Below are positions 28,561 through 38,400 of a stretch of DNA of 64,000 nt, in pieces. How positions within the stretch are numbered: position 1 is the first letter of the stretch; every line of letters starts with the position of its first letter. The translations under genes were made by a program, and so were the position numbers. The notes below the pieces were generated by a model. That model was not told where the DNA came from. It was given only the letters and a program-made list of their open reading frames with translations, and ran no database searches. The stretch is from positions 263,296 through 327,295 of IMG/VR virus record IMGVR_UViG_3300028800_000001; one strand, given 5' to 3'.

Positions 28561-28866
28561 ATGCTTATTGGAATGTATCCAACGCTACTCAATACACAGG
28601 GGCTTCCGGTTTCGGTGTCCCTGTTCGAGTTCCTTGCCAGTGATTCGCTAGAGGAATTGAAACCATTTGCTGTACAGGAGGCGCAAGAGAAGAACAAACG
28701 TCAGTTCATTGCGCTACTTGGAGGTCGTTACGTCCTCATTGATACCCATTGGCGCGCAAGCGAGTACTTTCAAGCGTGTCCCATAGTAGCGCAATTTGCA
28801 AAAAGTGGCAAAGAGACCACACGAAAGAAGAAAAATCATGAGAATAAAAATTACCAAGTGGCTTGA
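28561..28866 (+). CDS. Hypothetical protein
   Basis: Immediately follows helicase stop. Confidence 0.5.
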   Translation: MLIGMYPTLLNTQGLPVSVSLFEFLASDSLEELKPFAVQEAQEKNKRQFIALLGGRYVLIDTHWRASEYFQACPIVAQFAKSGKETTRKKKNHENKNYQVA

Positions 28867-29350
28867 AGTGAACATGACCGTAGAGGTGGAGGATGAAGAG
28901 GAAGCAGCGCAACTAGCAGGAGAAATCAGCGCACAGTCGCCAGTATTGGAGGAAATGCACTTACTTGCGTTTAACTATAAAACGGTTCCGCACACAACAG
29001 CATTTACGAGAGAACTGGTACTGGAGGCAAACGAAGCACACATGGATAAGACAGTGCGATTACCTGGGATGGTGATGACACCGCCCATTGATAGCAGTTA
29101 TTGGCTCTTTCGGGTGCAGCTCTATAAAGATCAGGCCATCGTAGGCTTCAAGAAATTTGGCACCATCGGCATTGGGTTTGCAAGAGAAGAAGATTGGAAT
29201 ACGAACTTTCCTTGTAGTTGCTCAGTTGAAGAAATTTATGATCATATTGAGCACAACAAAGAATACGAAGAGATCAGCAAAGAGGAAGTGCTAGAGGCGA
29301 TCACATTGGTGCGTGATGCGGCTCTGGAGTATCAGAAACAGGAATGCTAG
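28838..29350 (+). CDS. Hypothetical phage protein
   Basis: Acidic ORF in operon. Confidence 0.55.
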   Translation: MRIKITKWLEVNMTVEVEDEEEAAQLAGEISAQSPVLEEMHLLAFNYKTVPHTTAFTRELVLEANEAHMDKTVRLPGMVMTPPIDSSYWLFRVQLYKDQAIVGFKKFGTIGIGFAREEDWNTNFPCSCSVEEIYDHIEHNKEYEEISKEEVLEAITLVRDAALEYQKQEC

Positions 29351-29649
29351 AGAGAGAAGATTTCACCTATGCGGAACGTTATGCGCTGCTTTCTCGTGAG
29401 GCCAACGCACTGCTTAGCACCTGGATGGATAGCCACGGCGACTTCATTCATACAGAAACGATAACCTGCTGGCATCTTTTGTGCTTTTTGGAGGACCATC
29501 ATAAGAGTGAGACGTGGTCCTTTGGCTACAATGGCGTGTACTGGTTTGTAGGGACAGAGGGGAGCGGCTTCTCAGGCCGCACACCATTTACGGCACTGTG
29601 GAGCGCTCTGGTGCTTATCCTTGAGAAAGAATTACGGGGAAATACATGA
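29344..29649 (+). CDS. Hypothetical protein
   Basis: Coupled overlaps. Confidence 0.5.
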   Translation: MLEREDFTYAERYALLSREANALLSTWMDSHGDFIHTETITCWHLLCFLEDHHKSETWSFGYNGVYWFVGTEGSGFSGRTPFTALWSALVLILEKELRGNT

Positions 29650-29924
29650 CAGATATACATAATGCAACAAAAATACAAGAAGTAATGGAAGAAGAATACG
29701 AACGCGATTACGAAAATGGGCGCAAAACTTTTGCACGCGCTTACGCAGAATCGTCAGCACTCGGAGATTTTGAGACGGCGCTCACCACGGCCAAGCTTTC
29801 CGCAGAACTGCGCTATCGCAATTATCCGCATTGTAAAGAAACGATGGAGCGCATGTTGGCGTACGTCATGGGCCGCATGATGGGATGGAAAGAAACACAA
29901 GAGGAAAAGAATGAAAGAATTTAA
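29646..29924 (+). CDS. Hypothetical protein
   Basis: EEEYERDYENGR motif also present in the next gene. Confidence 0.55.
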   Translation: MTDIHNATKIQEVMEEEYERDYENGRKTFARAYAESSALGDFETALTTAKLSAELRYRNYPHCKETMERMLAYVMGRMMGWKETQEEKNERI

Positions 29925-30384
29925 ATATTATCAAACTACTTGTTTTTTTTGCGATGAACAGGAAACAGTGCGTGTCGTTTCAGTAAGACAACGTGGTACT
30001 GGTGCTGCACTGGCAACTGATGTACCACTAAGTATAAATGGTTTTGGGCTGACTGATACGTACGATGAGCAGACGCGCTGTAGTAGTTGCGGCCACGAAG
30101 CAGAACTTGAACTGTATGAGGTCTCAGGGCTGCGCATCCTGGTGGAAGAAGAGTATCTCAAAGACTATCAAAATGGACGCCATGAGTTCGAGACTGATTA
30201 CGGCCATGAATTAGAACTGACAGAGTATCCAACGCTCGGTGACTATTCCGCAGCATTTCCGGCAGGAAGAGTTGCCACCTTTCAGATCTATGAACACCAA
30301 TCGCCATCACTCGAATCGCTCTCGCGTGCACTCTGGTTTTTTACTGGCTGGATGCAACGTTGGACTGAAGTGGCAGAGGGGTAA
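29911..30384 (+). CDS. Zinc-ribbon hypothetical protein
   Basis: CFFC...CSSC; EEEYLKDYQNGR. Confidence 0.55.
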   Translation: MKEFKYYQTTCFFCDEQETVRVVSVRQRGTGAALATDVPLSINGFGLTDTYDEQTRCSSCGHEAELELYEVSGLRILVEEEYLKDYQNGRHEFETDYGHELELTEYPTLGDYSAAFPAGRVATFQIYEHQSPSLESLSRALWFFTGWMQRWTEVAEG

Positions 30385-30458
30385 AATCTTCTGCCACTAT
30401 TATTTTTCGCAAGCCTTTTTTGCGAGAAAGAAAAAGATACACAGAAAGAGAAAAAGAA

Positions 30459-30776
30459 ATGAACTTCCTCGAACAATGTTTAGTAACCAATGGTCTTTTT
30501 AGTATGCCCCAGGAAATGATCCTCTGTCAGCGCCACGCACAGTTTCGTCGCATGCAAGGTGAACAAGTTATGGCACAATGCCGTCTTCAGGGCGGTATGT
30601 GCAATGACTGCATGCAACAGGGCATGATGAATAACAACGGCGGCTTCGGTATGATGAACAACGGTTTCAATCAGGGCTTTGGCGGTGGTGACACCATCAT
30701 CGAAGAGACTGTTATTCAAGAGACCGTGATTGAGGCCGATCCTTTTAATGATCCCTTCAACAATAACGGCTGGTAA
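30459..30776 (+). CDS. Gly/Asn/Met-rich low-complexity protein
   Basis: MMNNNGGFGMMNNGFNQGFGGG; Cys/His cluster. Confidence 0.5.
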   Translation: MNFLEQCLVTNGLFSMPQEMILCQRHAQFRRMQGEQVMAQCRLQGGMCNDCMQQGMMNNNGGFGMMNNGFNQGFGGGDTIIEETVIQETVIEADPFNDPFNNNGW

Positions 30777-30835
30777 TTCTTACCTGGAGTGAGGCGATTC
30801 TTCGCTTTCACTCCCTTTTTTTAAGAAGGGGAACG

Positions 30836-31078
30836 ATGAGTATTCTTCATTTTTGTGAACTTCAGTGGATGATCGACCAGCTTGAGATATGTGGGTATAA
30901 AGATTGTACTGAGCAGGTAAAACCTTATTATCAGGGAGAGTACCAGTACCTCTGTACGTTTGATCGACCGTTTGCAGAGCAGGACGCGGGGCCAATCTAT
31001 TGCCAGACGGTCAAAGATCTGGTAGAACTATACCGCAGTGTGATCGTACAAAAAGAAGTAAAAAAAGAAAAAGAATGA
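30836..31078 (+). CDS. Hypothetical protein
   Basis: AAGGGG RBS. Confidence 0.45.
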   Translation: MSILHFCELQWMIDQLEICGYKDCTEQVKPYYQGEYQYLCTFDRPFAEQDAGPIYCQTVKDLVELYRSVIVQKEVKKEKE

Positions 31079-31087
31079 GAAAAATAT

Positions 31088-31411
31088 ATGCCCAATCGAG
31101 AATTAATGGTTTCTCTTACCGATAGCGAATGGATGTCGCTGATTGACAAAGAGCGCGGTGGACTACCACCTTGTTGCGCGAATATTAGTGAACTTCGTGA
31201 TCAAATTATTCTCCTGGCACGTGAGGGCGGCAATCTTCCACCCTGGAATGGTATGGCCTATCTCAGAGCGTATCGGGTGTGCCTGGATGGTCATCCTTTT
31301 ACTGAGACACATTTTCCAGAACTATTAAAGTTGACGAAGGATGTTGCACGTAGTATGGGCGTAACACTTGAAGAGCTCGGTGCGTTTCCGCATGAGGGCA
31401 ACGGCGAATGA
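31088..31411 (+). CDS. Hypothetical protein
   Basis: ORF in operon. Confidence 0.5.
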   Translation: MPNRELMVSLTDSEWMSLIDKERGGLPPCCANISELRDQIILLAREGGNLPPWNGMAYLRAYRVCLDGHPFTETHFPELLKLTKDVARSMGVTLEELGAFPHEGNGE

Positions 31412-31800
31412 CGACCATCATCCTTGGGCAGATCAGCAAGCGAAAGTATTATGAAGCCCACTACGGGCCTCTTTCTTGTTACACCATGACGGTGAAGTCG
31501 CTCCCAGGTATAGAAAACATCGCCTGCCTCACCCCCACGAAGGAACTTGTCTATGGGCACAAGGGCTATCAAGGCTACGAGCCGCTAGACGATGATGCGT
31601 ACACGGAGCGCTATATAGGACGCCTGAACGCACATATGCGCCAGATTCGTCTGTGGTATCGTGCCCTGGCTGCGCAAGAAACAGTGCTTCTGTGTTGCTT
31701 TTGTCGCAAGGGGGCATTTTGTCATCGCAAGATTGTGTATGCGCTCTTTGGTTGGCTCAACAGCCGTCTTGATCTTTCCTATACGCTTATCTTGGAGTAG
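31408..31800 (+). CDS. DUF488-like protein
   Basis: LTPTKEL, YTERY, LLCCFC....CHR. Confidence 0.55.
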   Translation: MTTIILGQISKRKYYEAHYGPLSCYTMTVKSLPGIENIACLTPTKELVYGHKGYQGYEPLDDDAYTERYIGRLNAHMRQIRLWYRALAAQETVLLCCFCRKGAFCHRKIVYALFGWLNSRLDLSYTLILE

Positions 31801-31806
31801 TTGGTT

Positions 31807-33531
31807 ATGGCAGCACATTTTCTTCTTCCCAAAAACCGTGAAGAGATTCGTCTTTTTGGCGCGGGGATGGCATTTCATCTCGCGCTGACGGAATACATCA
31901 AAGAGGAACCAAAGACCATTGAGGAGTTACAAAAGGCCGCAGAATATGCTTACGGCGTCTTAGAGCAGAGCGCTACACGCGTTGGAAAAACGCTGAGCAA
32001 TGATGATGCAAGCGCTAAAGCGTTACTTCTTGAGGCATTCTTTTGGGGTTATCATCATTGTACACGTATGCTCAATGAAGAAGGTTCGAAGTGGGCCAAT
32101 CTGGTCAATCATGTCAAGAACACGAAAACAGAAGTAGCGCTGGATATTATTTTTACACAGCTACGTGCTGACTGGGAAATACTTTCTGCGACACTTCCAC
32201 GCAAAGATGATGAGTATACCTGTGCCTATTCGGGGTGTCATGATCCGATTGTGGCGATTGTACGCACCATCACGCTTAAAAATGAACAGGGCAGACCGTT
32301 TACCTTTAAGCTTGGCGGCTGCAATGCGCATCTGGACGCACTTGCGGCGCAACTACGTGATAACGGGAAACTTCAAGTGCTCTTAGAAGAGATGGCTCCT
32401 GAGATCTTTTTGACAAAAAAGATACTTGCGGCGCGCAAAGAGAAGTTGCTCATTGATCGCTTTCGCATTGCGCAGCGCTGGGACGAGAGTAGCGCTGAAT
32501 ATCGTGGAATGCAGCAACAATTTGGGGAACGCGGTGTGCAGTTCTCTTTTGCCTTTGTTGATGCCTACGTGGATATTGCGAAGAAGTATGAGCTGACACC
32601 ATCAGCCGGTGCTTTTGTCCTCAGTCTGCCACCCATTCCTTTTTATAGAGCGATTGCCGAAGCTGTGGACTTTGCAGAGCGTGTCTTCATTACGTTTGAA
32701 GAGCCGATAGAATCGCCCTATGGCGCATGTTCTGGCTACTCCTTTGGTGTAAAATCATTAGAGAATCTTCTCTATGCAAACCGCATTGTACCGCATTCTA
32801 AAGGGCAGTTAGAGAAGATGCGCGCTATTATGTTGCAAGAAAACAGCACGACGGTTGGAATTGATGCCTTTGCGGAAAGTGGGCTGGCGATCTGGACACT
32901 CTCGTTAGAGCTTCCTCGTACCATCGTTCCTGGTGCACCACTTCAACCCATTTACTTTATGACGCAAAGCTGGCAGCAGTGTACGAGCGGCGAGTGTGGC
33001 GACGGTAAACCGGTGTGTGCAGCCTGTACAGCTATCAACGCGTGGTATTATTCACTTTACAGCAATATTTTACGGCTTATTGCTGGCGACTACGCAATGG
33101 AAGAAGAATCGTCAGGTCAGTTCCCAATAAAGAGTCGCACCTCCAAGCGAAGGCAACCCGATAAAGAGAAGTATTGGAAGATACGCGACGTGGAGGTGAC
33201 ATATGAGTACCATGTAGTGAGTATGGACGCGTTACTCAAGAAGAGTAGTGTGGAAGCCCTGCCAATAAAGCAACATCGTGGTTCCTGGCTGGAGAAACTT
33301 GATCCTGAACACATCGTGTATGTACGCAAAAGAATTAGTCTCAAGAAGGGGAGAACACTCAAAGATCCCCGTTACCATAAATACATTTTGGCACACGGGG
33401 GTAATCCTGAAGAAGGATACACGATTGCGGTCAAAGACCATGAGAAACGCATACCAATGAAGCTTGAGACGCTGACAAAACTGGTAGAACGTGTGGAGGT
33501 CAAGGGGCCAACATTCTTGAAGAGGGAATAA
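31807..33531 (+). CDS. Large hypothetical protein with Cys clusters
   Basis: 574-aa ORF; no family recognised. Confidence 0.6.
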   Translation: MAAHFLLPKNREEIRLFGAGMAFHLALTEYIKEEPKTIEELQKAAEYAYGVLEQSATRVGKTLSNDDASAKALLLEAFFWGYHHCTRMLNEEGSKWANLVNHVKNTKTEVALDIIFTQLRADWEILSATLPRKDDEYTCAYSGCHDPIVAIVRTITLKNEQGRPFTFKLGGCNAHLDALAAQLRDNGKLQVLLEEMAPEIFLTKKILAARKEKLLIDRFRIAQRWDESSAEYRGMQQQFGERGVQFSFAFVDAYVDIAKKYELTPSAGAFVLSLPPIPFYRAIAEAVDFAERVFITFEEPIESPYGACSGYSFGVKSLENLLYANRIVPHSKGQLEKMRAIMLQENSTTVGIDAFAESGLAIWTLSLELPRTIVPGAPLQPIYFMTQSWQQCTSGECGDGKPVCAACTAINAWYYSLYSNILRLIAGDYAMEEESSGQFPIKSRTSKRRQPDKEKYWKIRDVEVTYEYHVVSMDALLKKSSVEALPIKQHRGSWLEKLDPEHIVYVRKRISLKKGRTLKDPRYHKYILAHGGNPEEGYTIAVKDHEKRIPMKLETLTKLVERVEVKGPTFLKRE

Positions 33532-33621
33532 TTTCATCAACATTTAACAAAAGTACTTGTTTTTTCCTTGATTTTTGGGTACGCTTAACAAGCATTCGCT
33601 TTTGTAGCGCGTCCTTGAACT

Positions 33622-35997
33622 GTGAACAAATACTCAAGGGAGTTTTGTATGCGCCACCTCAAAACATCTGTGACTCTTTTTGCATTATTCTTTGTAGTCT
33701 TCTTTTTGAGTACCTCCACTGTAGCCGCGAAACCTGTAGCTGGTCCTGTCGTACTTTCTGGGGACATCCTTCCTGGTATGAAACCAGTGAGCGGGGCAGT
33801 GGTCAATTTACAAACGTCTATCCCGATAGAGTTATCCCTGTCAGTGCAAAATCAGCCAGGGCTCAATACATTGCTTGCAGAAATCTACAATCCGCAGTCC
33901 ACAGAGTACCATCACTATCTAGCAAAAGGGCAATTTGCTACGATGTTTGGGTCGTCACCTGCGCAACAAACACAAATCAAACAGTTTCTTACCCGTAATG
34001 GCCTGACATTTGATAACTTTGCCAATAGCAACTTATTGGTGCATGCGCATGGTTCACTTGCGGCCATTGATCAGGCGTTTGCCGTGAGCATGCAAACGGA
34101 ACAGATCAAAGGCACGAAGTTCCTGGCGAATACTGTAGAGCCATCGGTGCCAGCAGCAATAGCTCCACTCGTAACAGGTGTGCAGTTAGAACAAGCGCCA
34201 CAATCGCTCTTCGTCAAGCCGCAAGGAAGAACAACTGGTCAACGTTTTCTCACGCCATCAGGGTATGGCCCTGCCGATATTAAGACGGCCTTTAGTGGCA
34301 CGTCTTATCTTGGGACTGGAAGTGGACAAAAGATAGGGGTTGTCGGGTTCGATGTACTTGCAGCTAGTGACATTACTGCCTATGAACGGCAGTACGGTGT
34401 CATTTGTGGCACCTGTAATGTGAGTATAACTACTGTCACTACAGGAAACACCGCAACTGATGTCGATATTGAACAGGCATTAGATTTCGAGCAAATTATC
34501 GCACTCGCGCCATCAGCCACGTATTACTTCTATGACGAGGAAAGAAACGACTTTACTGGATTTCAGGATAATATTGCAACTGTTGCAAGTGCCGACGTGG
34601 TGAACACTGCTAGCTTGAGTTGGGGATGGGATTGTGAACAAGCGCCAGGTTCTACCATAAAATCATCTGTGAATACCTCCCTGGCTACCATGTCCAGTCA
34701 AGGGCAGTCATTCACAGATGCTTCTGGTGACGATGGTTCTGCGCAAGCAGATGTCTGTGGAGGTGGTGTACCTAATGTTGATTACCCTGGAACAGAACCG
34801 AATGCGCTCACAACTGGTGCGGTTCATGTTTCTGCAACGAGCCCACTTGCGCAGACGAATTGGTACGATGTTTCTGATCCCACTCCTGGTTTTCAGTGCA
34901 GTTCTGATCCGGTCTGTGAAAGTGGAGGTGGCGTAAGTACCTACTATGCAGCCCCCGCCTGGCAAACGGGCACAGGAGTCACTGAAGCTACATATAGCCA
35001 AACAGGAACGTATTGTGGACAGAGTACAGGTGTGCATTGTCGAGAGATGCCTGATGTTTCCGGCGATGGAGGCACAGATGGCAGTCTAGTTGGTGATCTT
35101 GCACTTTATGATAGTGGAACATGGGGATTAGTTTTTGGGACAAGTGCCTGTGCGCCGCAATGGGCAGCATTCATCGCCGATTTCAATGCTAGTTCAGGAA
35201 CCACTATTGGGACGCCAATGACTAGCCTCTACGGCTTTTGGAACGCGACCCAGAATGTTGGGTACAACGGTTTTACTGACGTAACCACTGGTTCTTCAGA
35301 TTATTATCCTGTTGGAACTGGATATGATATGGCAACAGGGCTTGGCACCCCGCGCCTTGACCAACTCCTTTGGGACTACGAAGGCTTTTTAGGTTGGGAT
35401 AAATTTGGAAATCGTAACACGATTAGTAGTGGATGGAACGGCACAAAGAACGCGCAGGACGGTCAGGCGTGGGCTGGCGATCCTGTATCCAATGCTGCTT
35501 TTAGCGTACCTGTTGCAGGCGGTGAGGGTGATATCGCGCCTTCTGCCAATACGAACTTCAATGGACAGCTTGGACCATCTAGTAGCGATGATGAGCAAGT
35601 CGTAATTGAGGCGCAGGCGTCTTCATGGACCAGTACCAATCTCGGCGCAGTAGCGAGATGGAGTTCCAACTCGAACTGGTACAGAGCCTACATCAATGGC
35701 ACAAATTTAAAAATTGATAAGCTGGTCGCAGGAACAGCGACCAATCTTGCTACCTTTGGCTTTACCGCATCAACCAGTACAAAATACTGGATTAAGTTCA
35801 AAGTCGTAGGGACCACGCTAGAAGCAAAAGTTTGGGTAGAAGGAGGTTCTGAGCCTGGAAGTTGGCAGGCAACGGTTACTGATTCTAGTTTCTCATCTGG
35901 GAAAGAAGGTATTCGCTTTGGAGTGGGGAATGGAGTGACCGCGAATCTCTTCGCGTTCTATGGAGGCAGTGGTTTGAAGTTTAAGCCAGTAGCATAA
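33622..35997 (+). CDS. Secreted S53 sedolisin/kumamolisin-like peptidase with C-terminal concanavalin-like domain
   Basis: Signal peptide, pro-kumamolisin domain (IYNPQSTEYHHYL), EQALD, SGDDG, PDVS, GTSAC, GYDMATGLGTP. Confidence 0.88.
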   Translation: MNKYSREFCMRHLKTSVTLFALFFVVFFLSTSTVAAKPVAGPVVLSGDILPGMKPVSGAVVNLQTSIPIELSLSVQNQPGLNTLLAEIYNPQSTEYHHYLAKGQFATMFGSSPAQQTQIKQFLTRNGLTFDNFANSNLLVHAHGSLAAIDQAFAVSMQTEQIKGTKFLANTVEPSVPAAIAPLVTGVQLEQAPQSLFVKPQGRTTGQRFLTPSGYGPADIKTAFSGTSYLGTGSGQKIGVVGFDVLAASDITAYERQYGVICGTCNVSITTVTTGNTATDVDIEQALDFEQIIALAPSATYYFYDEERNDFTGFQDNIATVASADVVNTASLSWGWDCEQAPGSTIKSSVNTSLATMSSQGQSFTDASGDDGSAQADVCGGGVPNVDYPGTEPNALTTGAVHVSATSPLAQTNWYDVSDPTPGFQCSSDPVCESGGGVSTYYAAPAWQTGTGVTEATYSQTGTYCGQSTGVHCREMPDVSGDGGTDGSLVGDLALYDSGTWGLVFGTSACAPQWAAFIADFNASSGTTIGTPMTSLYGFWNATQNVGYNGFTDVTTGSSDYYPVGTGYDMATGLGTPRLDQLLWDYEGFLGWDKFGNRNTISSGWNGTKNAQDGQAWAGDPVSNAAFSVPVAGGEGDIAPSANTNFNGQLGPSSSDDEQVVIEAQASSWTSTNLGAVARWSSNSNWYRAYINGTNLKIDKLVAGTATNLATFGFTASTSTKYWIKFKVVGTTLEAKVWVEGGSEPGSWQATVTDSSFSSGKEGIRFGVGNGVTANLFAFYGGSGLKFKPVA

Positions 35998-35998
35998 C

Positions 35999-36043
35999 AA
36001 AAAAAGAGTGGAGAAAGTTTTTCTTCTTTCTCCACTCTTTTTC
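35999..36043. terminator. Bidirectional intrinsic terminator
   Basis: AAAAGAGTGGAGAAAG...CTTTCTCCACTCTTTT between convergent genes. Confidence 0.8.
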
Positions 36044-36050
36044 TAGATTT

Positions 36051-36476
36051 TTACGAATGCGATTGCAGCATCCAGCCGCGCAACTGAGCATCTAGCTTTT
36101 GATTGTCAACCAGTGTTGCGAAGACCTTATGGCTATCAACGACATTTCCTTGATGGTAGAGTACGTACAGTGTCTCTTTTTGTTTAGCAGTGGAATGTGA
36201 GACGCATACCCTCCAACTACCAGGAAGGATAAGATCGCCAAGGGAGAGCATTTCGTAGGCTTCAACGAAGTTTCTCGGCATACTCCCATTTTTATACTTG
36301 GGCTGCATGGCAAGATCGTCAATATCGCTCGCGTCGTACGACCGGTCTTCATTCGGGCACTGTTCTACAATGCCATTGATGACATAGAGAAGCGCATCCT
36401 CAATCTTTTCATCGTTGCCGCTGGCAAACGCAATCTCCAAACTTTTTCGAATATTGGGAAATCTACTCATTTTCAT
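36051..36476 (-). CDS. Hypothetical protein
   Basis: ORF in minus-strand operon. Confidence 0.5.
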   Translation of the reverse strand: MKMSRFPNIRKSLEIAFASGNDEKIEDALLYVINGIVEQCPNEDRSYDASDIDDLAMQPKYKNGSMPRNFVEAYEMLSLGDLILPGSWRVCVSHSTAKQKETLYVLYHQGNVVDSHKVFATLVDNQKLDAQLRGWMLQSHS

Positions 36477-36915
36477 CTATCTCCATATTGGGGCATCCAC
36501 ACCAGTAGAGCCCTTCGTCTAATTGTTCGGCTTCGTAAATGTTGACTTCGTGTTCACAAAAATTGCAGATGACCGTCTGTTTTGGGCCATCCGTTATCTC
36601 TTCAAAATCTTCTTCAAAATCGTATACATCCGCAATTGTGGGGAATCTGGGAATATGGGAATGGCGCGCATTGAGAATTTGCTTTCCCTCCGTGGCCTGG
36701 GCTAACTTTTGCAACAGGCGGATAAAGTGTTGAATCTTCTGGTTATAAGGTGCGAACTCTGTTGCCTCTACTGTGCCATTTTTGCACAGTAACATCGTGC
36801 GTAACTGTAAAATGAAGGGAACTGCTCGCTCAGGTTGTATGAGCGCTTCGAACTGTTCAAAGGCTTCTAACCCCTCTTCGATATGCTGCTGTAGCACTTT
36901 GTCATTGATTTCCAT
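36463..36915 (-). CDS. Hypothetical protein with C-terminal zinc ribbon
   Basis: CNFC...CGC. Confidence 0.5.
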   Translation of the reverse strand: MEINDKVLQQHIEEGLEAFEQFEALIQPERAVPFILQLRTMLLCKNGTVEATEFAPYNQKIQHFIRLLQKLAQATEGKQILNARHSHIPRFPTIADVYDFEEDFEEITDGPKQTVICNFCEHEVNIYEAEQLDEGLYWCGCPNMEIDENE

Positions 36916-37318
36916 GAAAACTACTTTCTATGAGAAAATTTCTAACTGTGGATTGGCAGGCAATAAAACTTTTTTCACGCCTGGATAGGACGGATACTGT
37001 GCGATAAATTCACTGGGCACGATGATATTGTTCTGCTGTAGGAACGTTTTGTATGCCGTGTAGGTAATCTCTTGCTCAACGGTTCGCCAGAGGACGCGAT
37101 CCTCTTGCTCAGCGCGTAGCAGTGTCGGAATCACAATTTCTTTCCAGGCCGTTCGATAGGCTTCTTGATTGCGGCTTTTCCTAGCTTTTCAATACAGAAG
37201 TTCACCGCTTCTTGTTCGTGCATATTATAGTGCGTGAAGCCATCAACGATATCGCTAAAACGAGCGAGGAGCCCGTTTGGCTGTTGCAAAATTCTCCAGG
37301 CCATCTTTGTCTTCCTTT

Positions 37319-38002
37319 CTACGCAATCCATACCAGGACGCGTCTATTCAACTTTTCTAAGGCTTCTCGAATGGCTTGGAGCCCTGGATAGCCATTCAAC
37401 TTTTCTGGCAGATGCACATCGTGGTGTGCAAAAAATTCTCTGTATTCCTCGTAAGGCGTACCATCATTCGTGCGCCAGAGGATACGTCCCTCCTGCTCGG
37501 CTTGCAGCACTGCGGGGATCAAAATGTTTTTCCATGCGCGTCTCTGTATTTCTTGGTCGTCAAGCATCAGTTCTAGTTGAGAGTCTGCGCCAAGCATATC
37601 AACAACAAGCCGACGCCGCGCATTAAAAGTGAAGAGGCCAGTGCGCAGTGCTTGTTCTGGAATGGCGCTACTGGCAATCATAGGTATAAGAAAACTGAAA
37701 GATGGGAAGACGTGGAGTGCCTCTGGTTCTTGCGGCCACTCGTACGCCATAATCGGTCTCCAGCTCTGGTAGTTCTCGCCATAGGCTTTTTCACCAATTT
37801 CTTCTTCGAGACGCCTCTTTGGTGCTTTGAGTAGGATCTTTTTGCCACGTATCCAGAGGGTATATTGATCTTCAGACCAGGACTCAGGATCGCCTGCGTA
37901 GTGATGAATAACGTGTCGCTCAACAAACATATCAGGGGCAAGAAAAAAGATATCGTCCTCGCCGTATTCTTCTTTGAGCCATTGTTCAAATGTTGTGTTC
38001 AT
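37319..38002 (-). CDS. Hypothetical protein
   Basis: 227-aa ORF; its C-terminus resembles small ORF 36928..37134 (EQE.R.LWRT...Y..F...YPG). Confidence 0.55.
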   Translation of the reverse strand: MNTTFEQWLKEEYGEDDIFFLAPDMFVERHVIHHYAGDPESWSEDQYTLWIRGKKILLKAPKRRLEEEIGEKAYGENYQSWRPIMAYEWPQEPEALHVFPSFSFLIPMIASSAIPEQALRTGLFTFNARRRLVVDMLGADSQLELMLDDQEIQRRAWKNILIPAVLQAEQEGRILWRTNDGTPYEEYREFFAHHDVHLPEKLNGYPGLQAIREALEKLNRRVLVWIA

Positions 38003-38014
38003 TTTTCTTCTTTC

Positions 38015-38365
38015 TTATCTTCGTTGTCTTCGCTGGCGTGTTGCCAGCGGCAACTTGGCGCGAATGCTATCAGGGTATGCTACGTCAAGTACTCTGACAG
38101 TCTCTAGTCCAAATTCTTCAATCAAAGGCTGCATCGCTAACTCCAGCATGAGATCGCCATGCTTGCCTTCAGGCACAAAGATATCAAAGTAGCAATCCGG
38201 TCCTTTGACGCCAGTGTATTTCGCTTTGTACTCAAACGTGAGCGCGTGCATAACGGTGCGTATATTTTCCCAACATTTTCCATGCTCTGCTTCTGGACTC
38301 CCCCATGGACTCGGATAGAATTCGATCACTACGATGGGCGTTTCTTCGCCAGGAGTAATGGTCAT
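38015..38365 (-). CDS. Hypothetical protein
   Basis: AAGGA RBS. Confidence 0.5.
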   Translation of the reverse strand: MTITPGEETPIVVIEFYPSPWGSPEAEHGKCWENIRTVMHALTFEYKAKYTGVKGPDCYFDIFVPEGKHGDLMLELAMQPLIEEFGLETVRVLDVAYPDSIRAKLPLATRQRRQRR

Positions 38366-38400
38366 TCACTTTTTCCTTTTTTGCAAAAAATGGGAGTGGC

